A stretch of DNA of 64,000 nt, from the NCBI GenBank assembly GCA_900763175.1, contig CAAFJI010000200.1, positions 1,327 to 65,326 of the forward strand, in the 5' to 3' direction. Positions 58,711-64,000 of this stretch are shown here, in pieces (the stretch's first letter is position 1; each line of letters begins with the position of its first letter). The DNA comes from Lachnospiraceae bacterium. Its GTDB lineage: Bacteria; Bacillota; Clostridia; Lachnospirales; Lachnospiraceae. The notes below the pieces were generated by a model. That model saw only the letters and a list, made by a program, of their open reading frames with translations. It did no database searches and was not told the origin of the DNA. A program made the translations under genes and the position numbers.

Positions 58711-60465
58711 ATGGCAAAAACGTGTCTAGGAATTGATATTGGAAAGGATCAGCTGAAGCTGGTACTTATGAAAGGCGAAACCATTCATAAGGTGGTATCT
58801 GTGCAGATGCCGGAGGGCCTTTTGAAGGAAGGCAGGATTGTTTCCGTGGAGACTACGGGAGAGCTTATCCGTAAAGCCATGAAGGAGCACAAGATTCGCA
58901 GTAAGGAAGCGGCGGTTGTGGTTTCTTCAGGAATCTGCTTCCTGCGTAATGTAACGATGCCGGTGATGACAGCGGAGCAGCTGGTTTATAACCTGCCATA
59001 TGAGTTTCGTGACTATATTACAGATGAGCTGAAGAAATATGTGTTTGATTATTCTGTAAATTCAGCTCAGGGCGTGGTTCCTTTGAAGGCTTCCCGCAAG
59101 AAGCTGAAGAAAAAGAAGGGGCAGGAAAAGGAAATTCTGGAAGAGGAGATGACAGAGCGCCGGGAGATGGAGCTTCTGGCGGCAGCAGTTCCTCTGGAGG
59201 CAATGGATGATATCCGTCTCATGCTGAGAAAGGCGGGCCTAAGGCTTACCATGGCTGCACCGGAGGTGTCTGCCTGTGAGACCTTGCTTAGCCGGAAGCT
59301 GAGAAACAATCCGGATAAAGAGAAGGAGTACGGAATCCTGGATCTGGGAAGTACATCCAGCCGCCTTTTGATCTTCAAGGGCTGTCACCATCAGGTTACC
59401 CGTGTCATTGAGCGTGGTATGGAGCAGGTAGAAGAGCTTTTGGCTGACTATTTTCATATTGATATTCATCTGGCACATACCTGGCTTCTTGCCAACCATG
59501 AGGACTGTGTGAACAGTGACGTGTGCAGGGACGCTTTTTCCCAGATCAGTGTAGAGCTGATGCGTGCGCTGAACTTCTACCAGTTCAGTAACCCGGACAG
59601 CAGACTGGAGGACATCTGGCTTTGCGGAGGCGGCGCCTCGATTCCGGCAATGCGGGAAAGTCTGACAGAGAATTTGCAGGTTAACATTCACGATGCCAGT
59701 GAGCTTGTGGAGGGAATGGCCGGAAATAAGGAGGCGGAGAATACCTCCCTGAATCTGCTGGCTGCCGGTATTGCTCTTTCCAGGACGATGCATGAATCCC
59801 GCAAGCAGATTAACCTTGCTCTGGCAGGAGTAAAGAAGAATCACTATCTGGTTGCGATTCCGGCAAGTGCAGCGATCATTGCCATGGCGGGGGTGCTGGG
59901 AAAGGTTGCGGTGGCAGATCGTCTGGTCACAGTGAGCTCCCAGCAGAGTATTTCTTCTGATCTGCAGAAGCAGGTGGATGATATTACAGCGTACATAGAC
60001 AGCTTCGGGGATCTGCAGGAAACTTATGCACATTATACGTATCAGGGGCTGACCCCGGATGAGCTTAGCTATGCCAACCGTCCGGAGGTGCTGAAGCTTT
60101 TGAAGGATGTGATTTTCCCAAAGGTTGTGGTAAGCAGCTGGAGTGTCAGCGGAAATCAGCTTACCTTGCCGGTTACCGGCACCACTCTTGCAGATATTAA
60201 CAGGCTGGTGCAGGAACTGGACCAGGAGAAGATCGTAGATTATTGTACGGTGACGACGGCGGTTTCAGATGAAACAGAGGAAAAAGGCGAGACAGTAACC
60301 GGACAGCTTACGATTTATTTGAATGATCTGAGTGCAATCGCTGAGGAGGATGGCGAGGTTACATCTGGAGACAGCGCTGATACCGGAGATGCATCTGGAG
60401 AGGCGGACAATACAGATATAGATGATACAGCTGATACACAGGAGAATGCAGGGGGTAATGAGTAA
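58711..60465 (+). CDS. pilM: PilM-PilN fusion (alignment complex)
   Basis: Actin-like LGIDIG, ILDLG, WLCGGGA, followed by the PilN-type INLA motif, a TM segment and an extracellular domain. Confidence 0.85.
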   Translation: MAKTCLGIDIGKDQLKLVLMKGETIHKVVSVQMPEGLLKEGRIVSVETTGELIRKAMKEHKIRSKEAAVVVSSGICFLRNVTMPVMTAEQLVYNLPYEFRDYITDELKKYVFDYSVNSAQGVVPLKASRKKLKKKKGQEKEILEEEMTERREMELLAAAVPLEAMDDIRLMLRKAGLRLTMAAPEVSACETLLSRKLRNNPDKEKEYGILDLGSTSSRLLIFKGCHHQVTRVIERGMEQVEELLADYFHIDIHLAHTWLLANHEDCVNSDVCRDAFSQISVELMRALNFYQFSNPDSRLEDIWLCGGGASIPAMRESLTENLQVNIHDASELVEGMAGNKEAENTSLNLLAAGIALSRTMHESRKQINLALAGVKKNHYLVAIPASAAIIAMAGVLGKVAVADRLVTVSSQQSISSDLQKQVDDITAYIDSFGDLQETYAHYTYQGLTPDELSYANRPEVLKLLKDVIFPKVVVSSWSVSGNQLTLPVTGTTLADINRLVQELDQEKIVDYCTVTTAVSDETEEKGETVTGQLTIYLNDLSAIAEEDGEVTSGDSADTGDASGEADNTDIDDTADTQENAGGNE

Positions 60466-61088
60466 TGAAGATCATGAGCCGTGATTTTACCACAAAGGAA
60501 AAAGTATTACTTCTCATATTAGCTGCAATTCTGATCCTGGCGGGCTATTATCTGTTTGTGGACCAGCCGGTGCGCAGCGCCCTTGACAGTGCCAAAAGCC
60601 AGCAGGAGGAGCTGAACACGGAGCTGGTTGTTTTACAGTCAAGAGCAGCATCCCTTTCCAGTATGCAGAGCGAACTGGATGATATTGAAAAAAGCGGAAA
60701 GCTGGGAAAGATGGGAAGCTACAACAACTCCAAAGCTGAGCTGGATGAGTTGAACGATATTTTGAAAGAAACAAAAGCTTATGACATCAATTTTAATGAT
60801 GTGACAAGAGATGGAGATTTGATCCGCAGGTCTTTCAGCCTGACCTATACGGCACCGGACTATGACAAGGCAGCAGATATTATCACACAGTTGTGTGAAG
60901 GTGAGTGGCGCTGCCTGATCAGTGACCTGCAGTTTATTGCAGACAAGGATAATCTGGAAGAGGGAGATGTAAAGGTAGGTGTGACAGCTACCTTCTATGA
61001 GACAATGGAAGGCGGAACACCAGACAGCGGACTTCCGGCAGATACGTCTGGAACATCTGATATTTCCGGAACATCAGTTGACTGGTAA
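60465..61088 (+). CDS. pilO: PilO-like alignment protein
   Basis: TTKEKVLL plus TM and coiled coil; positioned after pilMN. Confidence 0.7.
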   Translation: MKIMSRDFTTKEKVLLLILAAILILAGYYLFVDQPVRSALDSAKSQQEELNTELVVLQSRAASLSSMQSELDDIEKSGKLGKMGSYNNSKAELDELNDILKETKAYDINFNDVTRDGDLIRRSFSLTYTAPDYDKAADIITQLCEGEWRCLISDLQFIADKDNLEEGDVKVGVTATFYETMEGGTPDSGLPADTSGTSDISGTSVDW

Positions 61089-61167
61089 AAGCAGAGACTG
61101 ATAAAAGCGAAGACTGGTCAGATTTCCTGGTTGAGCGTGGGGAAGAAAAAAGAAAACCATATTTTAT

Positions 61168-61902
61168 ATGGCTGGGAGGGCAGTTATTATGCTGCGTGCA
61201 GCAATCATTGACAGGCTGAAAGAGCACAGAGATTACATTCGGGCAGGGCTTTTGGATTTTGAGACAGAAATACAGGTAAGTGATTTCTCAAATGAATATG
61301 ATTATCTGGAAAATCTCAATGAAGATGCTTCTTCGTTTGATATTTTGCTGCTGAATACTACGATTCGCCGTGAGGGGGATGGAGTGCAGCTGGCGGCCAG
61401 AGTGCGGGCAAGGAACCGGAAGGTGATGATCTGCTTTATCACGGATTCCCAGCGTTACTATGCGGAAGCCTTCTCTGTGTTTGCCACAGGCTATCTGCTC
61501 TATCCTTTTGATATAAGTGAGCTGCACAACTGTATCACATTTTTCTGGCAGAAACCAAATATGGAGAGGAGAGCCTCTTTGATGATCAAAGAGGCCGGTG
61601 GAAGCTACCGCCGTGTTTACTGCAGAAATATTCTTTATTTGGAAAGCGTCAATCGTAAGGTGATTTTTCACCTGGATTCAGGGGAATGTGTGGAGAGCTA
61701 TGCCAAGCTGGACGAAGTGGAAAACCAGCTTCCCGGAAAATTGTTTTTACGCTGTCATCAAAGCTATATTATAAGTCTGTATTTTGTGGAAAAGATGGAC
61801 AGCAGCAAGTTTATCGTGCAGTCTGAGGAAGTTCCCATTTCAAGGAGATATCAGAAGATTGCCAGGGAAATTTATTATGATTATATGTTTGAAAAGATGT
61901 AA
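61168..61902 (+). CDS. LytTR-family response regulator with atypical receiver
   Basis: ILYLES.NRKV.FH, FLRCHQSYII, VPISR (LytTR); REC-like N-terminus FDILLLNT. Confidence 0.88.
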   Translation: MAGRAVIMLRAAIIDRLKEHRDYIRAGLLDFETEIQVSDFSNEYDYLENLNEDASSFDILLLNTTIRREGDGVQLAARVRARNRKVMICFITDSQRYYAEAFSVFATGYLLYPFDISELHNCITFFWQKPNMERRASLMIKEAGGSYRRVYCRNILYLESVNRKVIFHLDSGECVESYAKLDEVENQLPGKLFLRCHQSYIISLYFVEKMDSSKFIVQSEEVPISRRYQKIAREIYYDYMFEKM

Positions 61903-62056
61903 GCGTTATATAGGCATATTTTGCTAAAAAAACAACAAAAAACAACATAAATATTCCAATTTCGACAAAAAAATGGTTATAATCAACATTTACTGTACAA
62001 AACTGGTGAATGTTGTTATAATAAACACATTCTGAGAGAAAGGAGCGTAATGGACG

Positions 62057-62509
62057 GTGGCGGTACGAAGGCGGGATACCATCGATAGAGTGAATCGGAG
62101 ACAGAACAGATGCTTTTATACGTCGTATTCTGAGATGAATGAAGTGTTAAACAGATTTGCAGCGGAAGCGGAAGCGGACGACATTTGGATATCTGCTGAG
62201 GTTCGAGATCTGAAGGAGAATCGATTGGGAGAGCGGCTTTGCCAGATCGTGAGTATGGCTCTTGATACGGCCAGGCACAATTGTATCGAGACGACTTCCC
62301 CCAAAGGAAGATACATACGAATCCGGAGCAGGGAGATGCAGCAGCAGATGTTGTTTAAAATCCAGTTTTCCTGTGAAGACCGTATGATCCGGGAATTTGA
62401 CAAGAACATCGTCAGAATGCGTGATCTTATTGAGTCCTACGACGGCTATTTGAAAATTCAGTTAGATGGAGACGTTGGAAACATCAAGATCGCAATTCCA
62501 GATGTCTGA
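62057..62509 (+). CDS. Stand-alone degenerate GHKL (AgrC/VirS-type ATPase-like) domain protein
   Basis: LCQIVSMALDTA, YIRIRS, IQFSC, LIESYDGYLKI follow the HATPase_c_5 layout but lack N/G-box consensus. Confidence 0.55.
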   Translation: MAVRRRDTIDRVNRRQNRCFYTSYSEMNEVLNRFAAEAEADDIWISAEVRDLKENRLGERLCQIVSMALDTARHNCIETTSPKGRYIRIRSREMQQQMLFKIQFSCEDRMIREFDKNIVRMRDLIESYDGYLKIQLDGDVGNIKIAIPDV

Positions 62510-62571
62510 TTCATCGAATCCCAGGCGCTTCAGAATCTTAAAAATGAAAAATTTATTAGGAGGCACTTGAA

Positions 62572-62985
62572 ATGTTTAAAAGAGTGAAAAAGAACAAAAA
62601 AGGTTTTACCCTTGCTGAGTTACTTATTGTTGTAGCAATTATTGCTGTGCTGGTTGCGATTAGTATTCCGATTTTTACAACACAGTTGGAGAAATCTAGA
62701 GAGGCTGTTGATCTGGCAAATATTCGTGCTGCTTATGCAGAATGCTCATCAGCCGTCTTAACCAATGACCAAGTAGAAACCGGATATTGTAAAAAAGTAG
62801 ATATTAAGCAAAAAGAAGATGGATGGAAGTCCACTCCAGACAAAATTGCAGGTACTCTTGATGTAACGCAGGATACGATTGGTAGTAAACTTGGAAAAAC
62901 AAATACTTCTGTTTATGTCTGTGTAAGCAATAAAGGTGTACTTTCTTTAGCAACAAATGTAACTGGAACAGAAATTCCAGAATAA
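62572..62985 (+). CDS. pilA: Major type IV pilin (expressed copy)
   Basis: RBS AGGAGG; KNKKG|FTLAELLIVVAIIAVLVAISIP; 137 aa. Confidence 0.92.
   Translation: MFKRVKKNKKGFTLAELLIVVAIIAVLVAISIPIFTTQLEKSREAVDLANIRAAYAECSSAVLTNDQVETGYCKKVDIKQKEDGWKSTPDKIAGTLDVTQDTIGSKLGKTNTSVYVCVSNKGVLSLATNVTGTEIPE
62644..62677 (+). repeat. Left arm of 34-bp inverted repeat inside pilA (candidate recombination site)
   Basis: GCTGTGCTGGTTGCGATTAGTATTCCGATTTTTA; 33/34 identical to the reverse complement of 63458-63491. Confidence 0.9.
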
Positions 62986-63070
62986 TACAAATTATTTTGT
63001 AAAAATTTGCTTATGCCGATGATGCATTAACAGGCTGTTACTATGGCAGGTCTAGCTCAATAAATCTATA

Positions 63071-63122
63071 AAAAATAGTCTCTAAGAACCGTATTTTTAA
63101 TTAATTCTTAGAGACTATTTTT
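63071..63122. terminator. Bidirectional terminator between the two convergent pilin sequences
   Basis: AAAAATAGTCTCTAAGAA / TTCTTAGAGACTATTTTT perfect 18-bp inverted repeat. Confidence 0.85.
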
Positions 63123-63167
63123 CAATTCTAATTCTTAAAAAAATACTGAAACAAGTTCAGTTTCGTA

Positions 63168-63491
63168 CTACTTTTCTGTAACATTTTTACCATCAATAGT
63201 TACAGTTCCGGTACTTTTTCCATCACCATCGGGTGTATATTTAACTTCAGTAGCATCTTTTGAATTAATATTTGCAATTGCAACACCGCCAATATCAGTA
63301 ATACTTGTATTTTGCCATCCATCCTGCTTCTGCTGTTTTGGAACTGAAATTGTTTTTGGAGCATCTGGTTCAGTTAAAGCAGAAGTCATAACTTCAGCAT
63401 ACGCAGAACGAATATTAGCAGCATCAGTAGCCTCTCTGGATTTCTCTAACTGTGCATTAAAAATCGGAATACTAATCGCAACCAACACAGC
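63168..63491 (-). other. 5'-truncated (silent) alternative pilin cassette
   Basis: Uninterrupted frame AVLVAISIPIFNAQLEKSREATDAANIRSAYAEV...KQQKQDGW...TEK*. Lacks the leader, the G|F cleavage site and Glu5; homology to pilA starts abruptly at 63491. Confidence 0.88.
63458..63491 (-). repeat. Right arm of 34-bp inverted repeat (start of silent cassette)
   Basis: Reads GCTGTGTTGGTTGCGATTAGTATTCCGATTTTTA on the minus strand. Confidence 0.9.
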
Positions 63492-63796
63492 TCTCCCTGT
63501 CCTCATTTTCCCTTAATCTGAATATTTTTAATCCCACTGCGAACTATCCAGTCTAAAGCCAATGATCTTCCTGCTTCAAAATAAGAAGCGGTAAGGAGCA
63601 TGATTCCGGTTCAGCAGAAATGACTGCGGAAGAGGCACGTGAGCTGGAGAGAATGTTTTCTATAAAAGACAATTAAATAACTGCTTTTTCATATCTCCTC
63701 AAAAGTCAGAAAAAAATCAGGTTTTTGAGGAAATTCTTTACCTACGTAAATATTATTGAAGGCAATGAAAATTTGCATATTTTTGAAAGCAGGAAT

Positions 63797-63949
63797 TCAT
63801 TTTTTGTCCGGTTCAAACTGGTCTGGATATTTAGTGCTTCCACAATATCCGCATACTCCCATACGAGGAGAATTGCAGACGAGAAGCGCATATTCATCTC
63901 CATGTTTGTATCCCTTTTCACAGTCTTCACAAAGATATATTATTTTCAT
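63797..63949 (-). pseudogene. Cys-rich C-terminal gene remnant (50 aa, below the ORF-track cutoff)
   Basis: MKIIYLCEDCEKGYKHGDEYALLVCNSPRMGVCGYCGSTKYPDQFEPDKK*, with in-frame stops upstream. From recall, NSPRMGVCGY resembles the tail of pRiA4b ORF-3-like proteins; not verified. Confidence 0.45.
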
Positions 63950-64000
63950 TGATAATTTCGCATTGTGCTTATACTATTTGCCAAATCAGTCCCAGTCACT

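Noticed and set aside
58711..60465. PilM-PilN fusion as a novelty
   Set aside because: Fused pilMN is already known in clostridial T4P loci.
63168..63506. Second pilin as an independently expressed gene from ATG 63506
   Set aside because: MRTGR|AVLV has no prepilin cleavage motif or Glu5, only half the hydrophobic helix and a weak RBS, so it is treated as a silent cassette.
63725..63952. ORF-track 75-aa (+) and 62-aa (-) ORFs as the missing invertase
   Set aside because: They are too short and show no tyrosine, serine or DEDD recombinase motifs.

Overview
A 64-kb chromosomal window that looks like Lachnospiraceae (Blautia-like); this is inferred from gene content and style. From left to right it carries: the end of a DUF2291/ribose-type sugar ABC operon with rbsD and a LacI regulator; thrH, pgm and sbcDC; thiE with a HAD hydrolase; a TetR-ftsH-DUF308 cluster; an LRR/FN3 surface protein; a LacI-controlled sucrose/fructan ABC-GH32-amylosucrase locus; GNAT and FliB-like genes; two c-di-GMP signalling genes flanking glgCD; two GT2 glycosyltransferases; a small alarmone synthetase; and a complete type IVa pilus locus. 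The most notable feature ends the pilus locus. The expressed major pilin (62572-62985) faces an inverted, 5'-truncated second pilin cassette (63168-63491). The two share an in-frame 34-bp inverted repeat with one mismatch and enclose a bidirectional terminator, which is the architecture of an ~850-bp intragenic inversion that would swap the pilin head domain. No recombinase is visible in the window. Also notable are a 2509-aa modular pilin, a degenerate LytTR/GHKL pair upstream of the pilin, and a dispersed ~160-bp TA-flanked palindromic element whose copies show compensatory base changes.
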